Positions 1 to 9,146 of a stretch of DNA of 64,000 nucleotides are shown here, one piece after another. The position numbers and the translations under genes were made by a program. The DNA is from Candidatus Binatia bacterium. GTDB lineage: Bacteria; Desulfobacterota; Binatia; Bin18. The notes under the pieces are model-generated. The model ran no database searches, was not told where the DNA came from, and saw nothing but the letters and a program-made list of their open reading frames with translations. Each line of letters begins with the position of its first letter. The stretch's first letter is position 1. Where the stretch lies: assembly GCA_965231765.1 (NCBI GenBank), contig OZ246887.1, forward strand, positions 998,486 to 1,062,485, read 5' to 3'.

Positions 1-7
1 ATGAAAC

Positions 8-877
8 ATGCCTACGAGATGGCAACTGGGCCCTTCTTACTCCGATTATTTTGTGCAACTAAGCAGTTTGCTGCGCGCGCCCGTATACCGAAATCCGCCC
101 AACCAGCTTGGCAACGGTGAACCAATCCTTCTCATTCCAGGCTTTTTGGCCGGTGATTGGACACTCCGGGTCATGGCTGGCTGGCTGGGCCGCTTGGGCT
201 ATCGTGCCTACCTGTCCGGTATTGACTGGAATATCGACTGTCCCAACCGGACTGGCGAATTACTGCGCTGGCGGCTGGATCACATTATCAAAGAAACCGG
301 CCAGCCCATCACTGTTATCGGTCACAGCCTGGGCGGAATGCTGGCTCGTTTCCTGGGTGCCCGCTACTCCGGAAAGGTCAACAGTGTTATTTCGGTCGGC
401 TCGCCGATTCACCTGCCAGTCGAAGTCAATCCACTCGTCTTGTTTACCTCGCACGCCTTATATCCATTCAGACGCCTGCGCGGAAACGTTCCACCCGAAT
501 GTGGCAGCCTCGAATGCCAATGCCAATTTCAACAGAGCGTCTTTTCTCCGCTTCCCTCACATATTGCGTGTACATCCATCTTTTCCAAGAAAGATGAGGT
601 TGTTGCCTGGCACTCCAGTATTGACCCTGCAAGCCAAAACCTCGAAGTTTCAGGCAAGCATTTAGGCCTGATTGTGAATCGGCAGGTCTACCAGGCCCTG
701 TTAGAGGTCCTGTCAGAGGGCATGAACCAGTCTCAGTCCGCCCCTGCTGAAGTGCATCTCAACGAGAACGGACAGCCCATCCACAAGAAAGAAACGGAAG
801 AGGACACAGAAATCAGCCAAACGGCACCGCCAGCACTCTCAACCCAGAACCCTCAGCATAGCCCGCCCAGCCAGTGA
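8..877 (+). CDS. alpha/beta hydrolase (lipase/esterase-like)
   Basis: 289-aa ORF with nucleophile elbow GHSLGG and a low-complexity Pro/Gln/Ser C-terminal tail. Confidence 0.7.
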   Translation: MPTRWQLGPSYSDYFVQLSSLLRAPVYRNPPNQLGNGEPILLIPGFLAGDWTLRVMAGWLGRLGYRAYLSGIDWNIDCPNRTGELLRWRLDHIIKETGQPITVIGHSLGGMLARFLGARYSGKVNSVISVGSPIHLPVEVNPLVLFTSHALYPFRRLRGNVPPECGSLECQCQFQQSVFSPLPSHIACTSIFSKKDEVVAWHSSIDPASQNLEVSGKHLGLIVNRQVYQALLEVLSEGMNQSQSAPAEVHLNENGQPIHKKETEEDTEISQTAPPALSTQNPQHSPPSQ

Positions 878-1327
878 TTATTGCCCAGGCGTTTCAAACG
901 TTTTGGCGTCATCGTTTGTGGCAGTCACCTTCTTAGTATAGACATTCACATCCCACGCGCCTTCGTGGCTCCCACTCTCATTCTTATACGTGAACCGCAC
1001 CCAATAATCGCCATCTGGCCGAAAGACATTAAAATATTGACTCAAGGTTTCGATAATCCGGGCCTTCTGATCAGGCAGACCGGCTTTCCATGGTCCGAGT
1101 TCCCAATCCTTTCCCTCCCGGGCATCGTCTTGCGAGCGTTTTTCAATATTCGAAATGACACTAAAAACTCCCCCCTCGGGGATAAATGCCTTGACCATCT
1201 GGATCGCCTGCTTTTCCTTAGGCCCCATCTCAGTCGGCTCTCCACACGCAGACAGCAAGCTCAGCCCAAACAGACACAGCCCAAACATCGCAGTCGAGCT
1301 CACATTATTTGGAAATTTGGATCGCAT
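878..1327 (-). CDS. putative lipoprotein, unknown function
   Basis: ATG at 1327 preceded by GGAGGGAGAGGGG. N-terminus MRSKF..GLSLLSAC has a lipobox-like LSAC. The track start at 1342 is a TTG inside the RBS. Confidence 0.6.
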   Translation of the reverse strand: MRSKFPNNVSSTAMFGLCLFGLSLLSACGEPTEMGPKEKQAIQMVKAFIPEGGVFSVISNIEKRSQDDAREGKDWELGPWKAGLPDQKARIIETLSQYFNVFRPDGDYWVRFTYKNESGSHEGAWDVNVYTKKVTATNDDAKTFETPGQ

Positions 1328-1593
1328 CCCCTCTCCCTCCAATACAAAAAGATTCAGCCAGTGTGGTTCGGAAGCCTGAACTTCTCAGACTGCATGCCTG
1401 ACCTAGTCAAGCGTGCAGTCCATCCGTCTATCTATCCTATCTATCTTGCCATCCTGATCCATCCTGGGCTGTTGGCGAGCGATTGTACAACGAAAGACGC
1501 GTCCGGTCCATCAGGACGGACTACCTCTTCGCCTGCTTCTCAGGCTATACTGCTAATATACTGCTAAGAGACTCCCGGAGACTCTTGCTTTTT

Positions 1594-1609
1594 TGTCACC
1601 GAGGTGACA
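1594..1609. promoter_or_regulatory. perfect palindrome TGTCAC-N4-GTGACA, candidate Crp/Fnr-family operator
   Basis: tgtcaccgaggtgaca lies about 60 nt upstream of the Crp/Fnr-family gene. A second copy is at 2906-2921. Confidence 0.45.
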
Positions 1610-1667
1610 AGAACAGATTCTTCCAGCTGTTTGAGACGAGGATTTCAGTGAATAGTACTGAGGCACT

Positions 1668-2375
1668 ATGACACGTCAGCCTGTTTTAAATGTGATGTCA
1701 CTCCGTCGTATGAAGACCTTTAGTCGGGCTTCTGACCAGCAATTGAAAGAGATTCTGTCTCAGATTACCTTAGAACGATGTGAACGCCGGACCATCTTGT
1801 TCACCGAAGGCTCGACCTCTGACATGCTATACGTCTTAGTCTCAGGCGTCATCAAAATATCCCTGCGTACATCAGAGGGAGAAGATATTCTGGTCAGCCT
1901 GATTTCGCCCGGTGAGTTGTTTGGGATCACCTCAATGCTGCCGGGCATGCAGCGCCCCTTTCGGGCTGAGGCATTTAGCGACTGCTGGGTTGGTAAGCTT
2001 CCCCCAGAGACCCTGGTGACAGCTCTCCTGGGCGTCCCGTTTGCTGACTTCAGTGCTTTTATGGGAGGAACAGTCAGCCGCTGGTTTGGGCTCTTACATC
2101 GCTACGCGCACTTCCAGGGATTGGGATTACGCCAACGCTTATCCCTCGCATTGTTAGAGTTAGCCCATAAGTTTGGCGTGCAAGATGATCGTGGCACGTT
2201 GCTGATTCTGCAGCTCACGCACGAAGATCTGGCAGATTTGGTCGGTGCCTCACGTCAAAAAGTCACGGAACATATGCGTGAGTTAGAACGCCAACAGCTG
2301 CTCCAGCGAGACGGACGTAAGCTCATCGTCTCAACAGAACGTTTACAGAAGCTGGTGAACGTCGAGCAGCTGTAA
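1668..2375 (+). CDS. Crp/Fnr family transcriptional regulator
   Basis: N-terminal cNMP-binding-like beta-roll (ILFTEGSTSDMLYVLVSGVIKIS) and C-terminal HTH (THEDLADLVGASRQKVTEHMRELE). Confidence 0.85.
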   Translation: MTRQPVLNVMSLRRMKTFSRASDQQLKEILSQITLERCERRTILFTEGSTSDMLYVLVSGVIKISLRTSEGEDILVSLISPGELFGITSMLPGMQRPFRAEAFSDCWVGKLPPETLVTALLGVPFADFSAFMGGTVSRWFGLLHRYAHFQGLGLRQRLSLALLELAHKFGVQDDRGTLLILQLTHEDLADLVGASRQKVTEHMRELERQQLLQRDGRKLIVSTERLQKLVNVEQL

Positions 2376-2390
2376 GCACCTCCCAAACAC

Positions 2391-2419
2391 AAAAAAGGGG
2401 CTCGTGCGGAGCCCCTTTT
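2391..2419. terminator. bidirectional rho-independent terminator
   Basis: A6-GGGGCTC-gtgcg-GAGCCCC-T4 between convergent genes. Confidence 0.7.
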
Positions 2420-2475
2420 CATACCAGAGAACAGAGAGTGATCCCTGTTCTCTTTTCTACTTTATCGTTGCGTGT

Positions 2476-2802
2476 TTATTGGACCGCTTCAGTAGAGGCT
2501 TCCTCTGTCGCTTGGGGCTCAATTCTCCACATCTGACGGGCCAGCGTCGTGGAAGAACCAAGCACTTGTCTGGCCAGTGAGCGTTGCGCCTCAAACATTG
2601 GTGCGATAGGCGTCTTATTCGCCCAGGCCGTTGTTTTTGCGCTCATCTCAAGGGCTTGATTCGCCCATTGTTCACTGGTGTCAATATAGCGTGCTGCCAT
2701 CTCTTTCATCGGGGCTAGCAACGGAGAATTGGGAAGATTGGAGAGATTCATTTCGCCGAATGCTTTGGTAAATGGGTTATCAGTCCACATATTGTTTGCC
2801 AT
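2476..2802 (-). CDS. small helical protein, tentatively phasin-like
   Basis: ATG at 2802 preceded by GAAGGAGGA. 108 aa, Ala/Gln/Thr-rich and helical. The phasin assignment is only from overall resemblance. Confidence 0.5.
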   Translation of the reverse strand: MANNMWTDNPFTKAFGEMNLSNLPNSPLLAPMKEMAARYIDTSEQWANQALEMSAKTTAWANKTPIAPMFEAQRSLARQVLGSSTTLARQMWRIEPQATEEASTEAVQ

Positions 2803-2905
2803 CAAGGTATCCTCCTTCGTTACAGTGCTGAGAAGCAGTGTTCTTGTACCTGCAATAATGCTAGCTATAATCGCTAATTTTTGCAAGCATTTAACAAGGA
2901 AGATC

Positions 2906-2921
2906 TGTCACTTTAGTGACA
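2906..2921. promoter_or_regulatory. second TGTCAC-N4-GTGACA palindrome
   Basis: tgtcactttagtgaca lies about 100 nt upstream of the phasin-like start codon. Confidence 0.45.
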
Positions 2922-2932
2922 AAAAATACATT

Positions 2933-3301
2933 TTAGGCAGATGTATCCGCTTCGTTTACCTTCCGAAAAGAGCTGTACATATCGATCAGCATTTCTCGTT
3001 GCCGGGCGGACAGACTCGGGTCGTGCATGACCGCCTTGACCACATCGCTCTCTTCGGTCTCTTGCGGATCAAGAATACCGGCTTGGGTATATAGGGTTTC
3101 TGCCGACAGCTTCAAGCCTTTGGACAGAGATTGCAGAATCACACTACTCGGCATTCGCAGCCCGCGCTCGATCTGGCTGAGATACGGGTTTGAAATCCCG
3201 CAGATATCCGCCAGTTGACGGATCGATAGCTGAGACAGTTCTCGCTGACGACGCAGGAATTCTCCAAGACTCACGTACGGATCGGGTTTTTTTGCTGACA
3301 T
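2933..3301 (-). CDS. XRE-family helix-turn-helix transcriptional regulator
   Basis: SIRQLADICGISNPYLSQIERGLRMPS HTH signature. Confidence 0.8.
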   Translation of the reverse strand: MSAKKPDPYVSLGEFLRRQRELSQLSIRQLADICGISNPYLSQIERGLRMPSSVILQSLSKGLKLSAETLYTQAGILDPQETEESDVVKAVMHDPSLSARQREMLIDMYSSFRKVNEADTSA

Positions 3302-3376
3302 GTCTTACGTGCTAGCGCACTTTGCTTGCGCGTGCAAGCAGTCAGTGATTATGCACAGGCGGTTCGCGAACCGCCC

Positions 3377-4285
3377 CTACGGCTTCTCAATCAGGTCGGA
3401 CAAGAACTCCAAGGTATACTGGTTCACCAACTCCGGCTGTTCCTGTTGCACCCAGTGGCTACAGTCTGGAATATATTTGATATCAAAGCGATCAGTAAAA
3501 TACGGCTCCATGTTATAGGTGAGCTCTTTACCAAGCGCTGTATCAGCTTCTCCCCAGATCAGTCGGGTTGGACACGTGATCTGAGCAAATTGGCGCTCTC
3601 CGTGTTTGAACCGTTCACGAAATGCCGCACGGTAATAATTAATCGCGGCCGTCAGCATGCCTGGCTTATTCATGGCTTCAACATAGCGCTGCAAATCGTC
3701 ATCCGGAAACGCCTCTTTGCGAATAGCCATTCCCCGGAACATTTTCTCAACAAACCGAGGTGTATTCAGGCCTGCCAACCACTCCGGCAGCCATGGAATC
3801 TGAAAAAAGAATATATACCAACTGCGCCGCAGCTGCCGAAAATTTCCCTTGAGGTTTTTCTGAAAGGCGGCAGGATGCGGACAATTCATGACAACCAGCC
3901 GTTCAGTCGCCTGCGGATAGTCAGCCGCAAATGCCCAGGCGATCCCCCCACCCCAATCATGCCCAATGATAATCGCCTGTTCTTGCCCAAACGAACGTAT
4001 CAAAGCCATCACATCAGCCGTCAAGGCATCGATCTGATACTTGGTCACACCGCGCGGCTTGTCACTCTCGTTATAACCACGCAAGTCCGGCACCACGGCC
4101 TTGAAATGCTCCGCCAGAGCTGGAATCTGATGCCGCCACGAGTACCAAAACTCTGGGAAACCGTGCAAAAGAATGAGCAGTTTCCCCTTCCCCTGGGTTA
4201 CGTAATGCAGACGGATATCATTGACTGTGACAAAATTGTGTTGCCAAGGTTCAGAAGCTTCGGCAGCGAGAGATGCGTCATTCAT
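3377..4285 (-). CDS. alpha/beta hydrolase, epoxide hydrolase/haloalkane dehalogenase-like
   Basis: HGFPEFWYSWRHQIP and GHDWGG motifs. Confidence 0.85.
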   Translation of the reverse strand: MNDASLAAEASEPWQHNFVTVNDIRLHYVTQGKGKLLILLHGFPEFWYSWRHQIPALAEHFKAVVPDLRGYNESDKPRGVTKYQIDALTADVMALIRSFGQEQAIIIGHDWGGGIAWAFAADYPQATERLVVMNCPHPAAFQKNLKGNFRQLRRSWYIFFFQIPWLPEWLAGLNTPRFVEKMFRGMAIRKEAFPDDDLQRYVEAMNKPGMLTAAINYYRAAFRERFKHGERQFAQITCPTRLIWGEADTALGKELTYNMEPYFTDRFDIKYIPDCSHWVQQEQPELVNQYTLEFLSDLIEKP

Positions 4286-4293
4286 CGGCGTTC

Positions 4294-4335
4294 CCAGTCT
4301 TCAGTCTTTGACACTCAGTCCTCAGCACTCAGTCC
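4294..4335. repeat. six in-phase heptamers (ccagtct tcagtct ttgacac tcagtcc tcagcac tcagtcc)
   Basis: Read directly. The array fills the spacer between the citE-like stop and the hydrolase start. Confidence 0.7.
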
Positions 4336-5216
4336 TAAACTTCCATTCCCGCCTTTTTGGCCCGCTCCAACACAATTCGTTCAATATCGGCGATCGGCCC
4401 ATCAATCATCCGCCCCTGGAACTTGACGGCCCCATTGCCTTCAGCTACAGCGTGTTCAAAAGCTGCGACCAGATCTCGGGCATACGTGACTTCTTCAGCA
4501 GTCGGGGTGTAGACAGCATTGACCGGCTCGACTTGGTTGGGATGAATACATGCTTTGCCTTCATAGCCGAGCTGTTTGCCTTGGTGGGTTTCGGCTGCCA
4601 AGCCCTCGAGATCAGGAATGTCCAGATAGACATTATCGACTGGCACGATGCCCGCCGATTTGGCAGCCGTCACGACCTGACAACGAGCATGCCACACGAT
4701 GCCATCGGTCGAAGGCGCAGCTTGGATGCCCATCGACAAGGAAAAATCGCCATGCCCAAACGCCATACCCGCCAAACGTGGCGTAGCTTGGGCTAAAGCA
4801 AAGGCGTTCCCAATCGCTTGCGGCTGCTCAATCAGCGGCAACAAGACGACTGAGCCAGGCTCCCGTCCCGCTCGCTGCTCTGCCAGAGACACCAGTTTGT
4901 CCACAAACCGAATGCCCTCAACTGTGTTTGTTTTTGGTACCACCAGGCCATCCGCTCCGGCTTCGACCATACAGAGCACATCGTCAAGAAAGTACGGCGT
5001 ATCGAGATCGTTCACTCTCACTGTCCGCTCAAACCGGGAAAATCCTGAGTCCTGCAGGACTTCTTTGAGGGTCTCGCGTGCATGCGCCTTACGATCAGGC
5101 GCCACTGCATCTTCAAGATCAAAAATTAAGGTGTCGGCCTGCGAGGCTTGCGCCTTAGCAAAAAATCGCTCACTACTGGCAGGGACAAACAAAAGACTTC
5201 TGCGTAAACGGGACAT
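4335..5216 (-). CDS. HpcH/HpaI aldolase / citrate lyase beta (CitE)-like acyl-CoA lyase
   Basis: N-terminus RRSLLFVPASSERFFAKA..ADTLIFDLEDAVAP is typical of CitE/malyl-CoA lyase-like proteins. Confidence 0.85.
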   Translation of the reverse strand: MSRLRRSLLFVPASSERFFAKAQASQADTLIFDLEDAVAPDRKAHARETLKEVLQDSGFSRFERTVRVNDLDTPYFLDDVLCMVEAGADGLVVPKTNTVEGIRFVDKLVSLAEQRAGREPGSVVLLPLIEQPQAIGNAFALAQATPRLAGMAFGHGDFSLSMGIQAAPSTDGIVWHARCQVVTAAKSAGIVPVDNVYLDIPDLEGLAAETHQGKQLGYEGKACIHPNQVEPVNAVYTPTAEEVTYARDLVAAFEHAVAEGNGAVKFQGRMIDGPIADIERIVLERAKKAGMEV

Positions 5217-5281
5217 CTGTTGCTCCTTCTATACAGCCTGTACGGGTCCAAGTAGCGCGGACATCCCTGTCCGCTCCGCCA

Positions 5282-6484
5282 TCAAATAACCCCCTGCTCT
5301 TTCAGCTCAGCCAGCCGCTCCTGCGTCAAGCCGAGCTTGCCACAATAAATCTCCTCATTGTGGGTACCCATATGGGTCGGACCAGTCCAACGGATTGTTC
5401 CCGGCGTGCGGCTCAGCTTGGGCACCACGTTTTGCATTTTTATTGGCCCGAGTTCAGGATCAGACACGCTGGTAATCGTCTCCCGTGCCTGAAAGTGGGG
5501 GTCACTCAGAATGCCTTCGATATCGTACACAGGGACAGCGGCACATTGGTACTCGTCAAACTGCTTGAGTGCTTCTTTAAGTGTCTGTTGAGCGATCCAG
5601 CCGCCAACAAGCGCATCCACTTCATCAATATTGGCGACGCGCGCTCGATTATCTTTGAAACGCGGATCATTGATCAAATCGGGCTGACCAATTGCGGCAA
5701 ACACCCGCCCAGCCAAGGCATGCGCGTTCGCAGACAGGGCCAGCCACTTGTCATCTTTGGTCTTGTAAATATTGCGCGGCGCACCAATAGACGGAACGCG
5801 ATTCCCAGTACGCTGCTGGACTGTCCCCAGCTGATCATAGCTCAGCGCCTGATCCCCAGTAATGGTAAAAATTGGCTCCATGACGCTGAGGTCAATCATT
5901 TGACCTTTGCCGCTCTTGTTATCCCGCTCATATAAGGCAAACATCACCGACCAGGTACCAAACTGGCCAGCCACCGCATCGGCCAAACCAAATCCTGGCA
6001 ACGTTGGCGGCCCGTCCGGCTGGCCTGTGATATGTGCAAAGCCGCTCATTGCCTCGGCCAAGGTCCCAAAGCCTGGTTTATCTTTATATGGCCCGGTTTG
6101 CCCAAAGCCCGACACCCGGGCCACAATGAGTCGCGGGTTGAGCGCATGCAAGACATCCCAGCCGAGTCCCCAGCGCTCCAACGTCCCCGGACGAAAATTC
6201 TCAGTCAGCACGTCTGCATCAGCAACAAGCTGCTTCAAGATCTCCTGCCCTTCGGGCTTATTGAGGTCTAATGTTACGCATTTTTTATTCCGGTTGGTGA
6301 TCTTCCACCACAGCGGGATGCCGTCTTTCGCTGCCCCAAGCGAGCGCAAGCTATCTCCCAGACGTGGGTGCTCAACCTTGATCACCTCAGCCCCGAAGTC
6401 GCCCATATTTTGAGAGATCGTTGGTGAGGCAAAAAGGACAGAGATATCAACGACTTTGAGTCCTTCGAGCGGCAGAGTTCCCAT
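5282..6484 (-). CDS. family III CoA-transferase (CaiB/BaiF)
   Basis: LEGLKVVDIS..GDFGAEVIKVE..GD and NRNKK motifs. Confidence 0.9.
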   Translation of the reverse strand: MGTLPLEGLKVVDISVLFASPTISQNMGDFGAEVIKVEHPRLGDSLRSLGAAKDGIPLWWKITNRNKKCVTLDLNKPEGQEILKQLVADADVLTENFRPGTLERWGLGWDVLHALNPRLIVARVSGFGQTGPYKDKPGFGTLAEAMSGFAHITGQPDGPPTLPGFGLADAVAGQFGTWSVMFALYERDNKSGKGQMIDLSVMEPIFTITGDQALSYDQLGTVQQRTGNRVPSIGAPRNIYKTKDDKWLALSANAHALAGRVFAAIGQPDLINDPRFKDNRARVANIDEVDALVGGWIAQQTLKEALKQFDEYQCAAVPVYDIEGILSDPHFQARETITSVSDPELGPIKMQNVVPKLSRTPGTIRWTGPTHMGTHNEEIYCGKLGLTQERLAELKEQGVI

Positions 6485-6798
6485 GGATAGGCATCCCTTC
6501 TGTGCGGTCTTGGTAGCAGTTGTATTAGTGATCGAGACGTCAGTTACGAAGTTGCTGAGGGGAAAATAGAATTTAAAGATACTGACGAGTGGGAATGAGC
6601 TTACAGTCGGTTAAAAGAAGAACGTTCAGCTCGCCAACCTTGGCCAAGTAGAGGCAAAAGAGAAGAATATAGGAAATCCAAGGCTAATACCATCCAAGCG
6701 ATGCCAAAAAGCGGCGCGCCTGCTTAGCGGGGTTAGCCCTGAGAGGCTATTGAAAAACTCCGAAAATGGGGGACGAACAAAAAATAGCGGCCGTTCTC

Positions 6799-7797
6799 CT
6801 AGTCTTTCTCTAGCCACGTATCAGGCGAGGTTTCGACACCGTTTCTGGAGAAAATAGCGCTAATTTCTGCCATATCAGCTTCAGAAATCTCCCAGCCCAA
6901 TGCGCCGACATTATCTTCGACCTCCGCCTGGTTGCGGCAGCCGACAAGCGCTGTGCTGACTACAGGATTAGACGTTGTCCAGCGCAAAGCAAACTGAGGC
7001 AGGCTTTTACCATACTGGGCAGCCATAACTTTGAGTTCTTCAACGGCCTTGATATTGCGCGGGAAGTAGTCTGGGCCAAAGAGGGTTTGGAACAGGTTAA
7101 TCCCGCCCATCCGGCCTTGGCGCGCCCGCCAGTCATCAGACTCAAAATCCATATCGGCCGAAAAGGTACCGGTCAGCAGCCCATAGGCCAAAGATCCGTA
7201 GGCCATGACGCCGACGTTCTGCTCACGGCAATACGGAAAGATCTCTTTATGCATGCGCTGGTCAAACATATTCCAGCAATATTGGGCCACATCCACTCGG
7301 CGTGTCTGCATACTGGTCTCAATCTGTGCCCGCCGGAAGTTAGAGATGCCCACAAACCGGACTTTGCCCTGCTGGACGACATCATCTAGCGCCCGCATGG
7401 TCTCTTCAAAAGGCGTGTTCACATCCGGCCAGTGGACCATGTACACATCGACATAGTCCGTATTCAGGTTGGTGAGACTCTTTTCAATCGAATCCATCAC
7501 CCTTTGGCGGCCACTATCACGGAAGTTGGGCGCTTCTTTATAGCCAACGCCAAATTTTGTGACGACAATAGCATCTTTGCGACGATTGCCGAGGGCCTTA
7601 GCCAGCGACTTTTCCGAGGCGCCAAAACCGTAGGCTTCGGCGGTATCAAAGCAATTAATACCCAGATCGAGAGCGCGCTGAACCGCGTCAATGAACTGCG
7701 TCTCTTCAATACTGCCGTACCCGCCACCAATCTCCCAGCAGCCAATACCAATCGCCGAGACCTCTAAACCCGTCTGTCCAAATGGTCGATATTCCAT
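6799..7797 (-). CDS. aldo/keto reductase
   Basis: GIGCWEIGG..INCFDTAEAYG..SE and VGISNF motifs. Confidence 0.9.
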   Translation of the reverse strand: MEYRPFGQTGLEVSAIGIGCWEIGGGYGSIEETQFIDAVQRALDLGINCFDTAEAYGFGASEKSLAKALGNRRKDAIVVTKFGVGYKEAPNFRDSGRQRVMDSIEKSLTNLNTDYVDVYMVHWPDVNTPFEETMRALDDVVQQGKVRFVGISNFRRAQIETSMQTRRVDVAQYCWNMFDQRMHKEIFPYCREQNVGVMAYGSLAYGLLTGTFSADMDFESDDWRARQGRMGGINLFQTLFGPDYFPRNIKAVEELKVMAAQYGKSLPQFALRWTTSNPVVSTALVGCRNQAEVEDNVGALGWEISEADMAEISAIFSRNGVETSPDTWLEKD

Positions 7798-7916
7798 GCT
7801 CCCCTCCTTGCTCTTTAGACTCAGTCCTCAGCACTTTCTTACCTTTCTTACCTTCTCAACTGTCTTGTGTAAACGAATCGCTTCCATCATACTCTCCTCT
7901 TTTTGAGCCCTGGTGT

Positions 7917-8318
7917 TCATGAACCCTCCTGGCCGCCCTCCCCCACCATCCACTCTCCGCCCTCTTTCACCTGATACAGCTCTAGCAGCACGCCATCTGG
8001 TGCTTCACACATCACGTAACGAAATGACTCAGCCTCGGTGATTGTTTTGCGGAACGTAACCCCATTCGTCTGCATATGCTTGACAAGGCTATCCAGGTCA
8101 TCCGTACGAAGACCGAGGTGATTGACCAGACCACGGCCGACACCGCGCGGCTTCTGGTCGTAGACATGCATCGCCACACCCCCAATATCGAGGCGGACGT
8201 TACGCTTTCCTATGAGCGGGGTGTCATACACCACCTGCGCGCCGAACATGGTTGCATAGAAAGAAATCGTCTTCTCGACGTTCGACGAGAAAATATGCAC
8301 ATGATCAAGACAAATCAC
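7917..8318 (-). CDS. VOC family (glyoxalase/bleomycin resistance/dioxygenase) protein
   Basis: The VOC domain begins at ICLDHVHIF. I chose the GTG at 8318 because it forms a GTGA start/stop overlap with the upstream gene. The track start at 8387 would overlap that gene by 73 nt. Confidence 0.75.
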   Translation of the reverse strand: MICLDHVHIFSSNVEKTISFYATMFGAQVVYDTPLIGKRNVRLDIGGVAMHVYDQKPRGVGRGLVNHLGLRTDDLDSLVKHMQTNGVTFRKTITEAESFRYVMCEAPDGVLLELYQVKEGGEWMVGEGGQEGS

Positions 8319-8989
8319 TTGTCGTCCCTTCCCGCTGACTGCTTCTGAAAAACCGATACTAAAGGATTGTCCAACAACGTACGGCACTGCCGTGCAAGCT
8401 GCTGCTCTAACATTCCGGCTGAGCCTCGGCTCAGGACGAAGCCGTCAGTAGCTAATACCCGAAACATCTCGTGCAGCGCTCCCTGAAACGTCTCTTCACT
8501 CATCGGAATCTCACGGTTAAACATATTCGCCGTATAAATCGTCTGGATCGATTCATCAGCAAGCGCACTGAGATCGCTGATCGTTCCATGATGCAAACGA
8601 ATCTTTTCCGGCAGTTGCACATCTTCCGCACGCCTTGTGTGTAAAAACTGCGCCGCCTCAACAACCTGGGCGCCGATCCATTCATAACCATGCACGCGAT
8701 CAAGCTCAAAAACAGTCAGTAAATCATACGGCTCAAGCATATTCGTACCAAAGCCGAGACATAGCCCATAGGCCGGTCGGTTTGCTCGCACGACCTCTAG
8801 CAGATCAACCTGAGCCAGTGCTTTCACGAGCCCAATGGCTTGTTGGAGTGCGGGCGCAACATGTCCGCCAATGCTGTCGCGTAGGCCTGGATATTCAAAA
8901 ATTGTGGCATAGGCAAGATCATTCTGCCAAGGCACTTGGTCGTCGGGATGGATCTCGCCTTCGACAAAGACTTGCCACTCGTGTACCAA
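8315..8989 (-). CDS. class I SAM-dependent methyltransferase-like protein (start uncertain)
   Basis: GLCLGFGTN (motif I-like), DESIQTIYTANMF and FRVLATDGFVL. The track N-terminus reads through a REP-like palindrome, so a TTG at 8989 is proposed instead. Confidence 0.5.
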   Translation of the reverse strand: MVHEWQVFVEGEIHPDDQVPWQNDLAYATIFEYPGLRDSIGGHVAPALQQAIGLVKALAQVDLLEVVRANRPAYGLCLGFGTNMLEPYDLLTVFELDRVHGYEWIGAQVVEAAQFLHTRRAEDVQLPEKIRLHHGTISDLSALADESIQTIYTANMFNREIPMSEETFQGALHEMFRVLATDGFVLSRGSAGMLEQQLARQCRTLLDNPLVSVFQKQSAGRDDK

Positions 8990-9146
8990 GATCCCCCTCA
9001 CCCTAGAGCCCTTTCCCCCAAGGGGACGAGGGAACAACAGGACAAAAAATTCTGGTCGGGTACTTCATAGCTCATCGCTCTCTTCCCGCCCTTGCAATAT
9101 CACACTAATTACGCCATTTCCTCCCATATACGTAGGAGGAAAAATT

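Noticed and set aside
3326-4426. 366-aa + strand ORF
   Set aside because: - It is antisense to the well-supported alpha/beta hydrolase at 3377-4285.
- Its translation has no motif and an odd composition.
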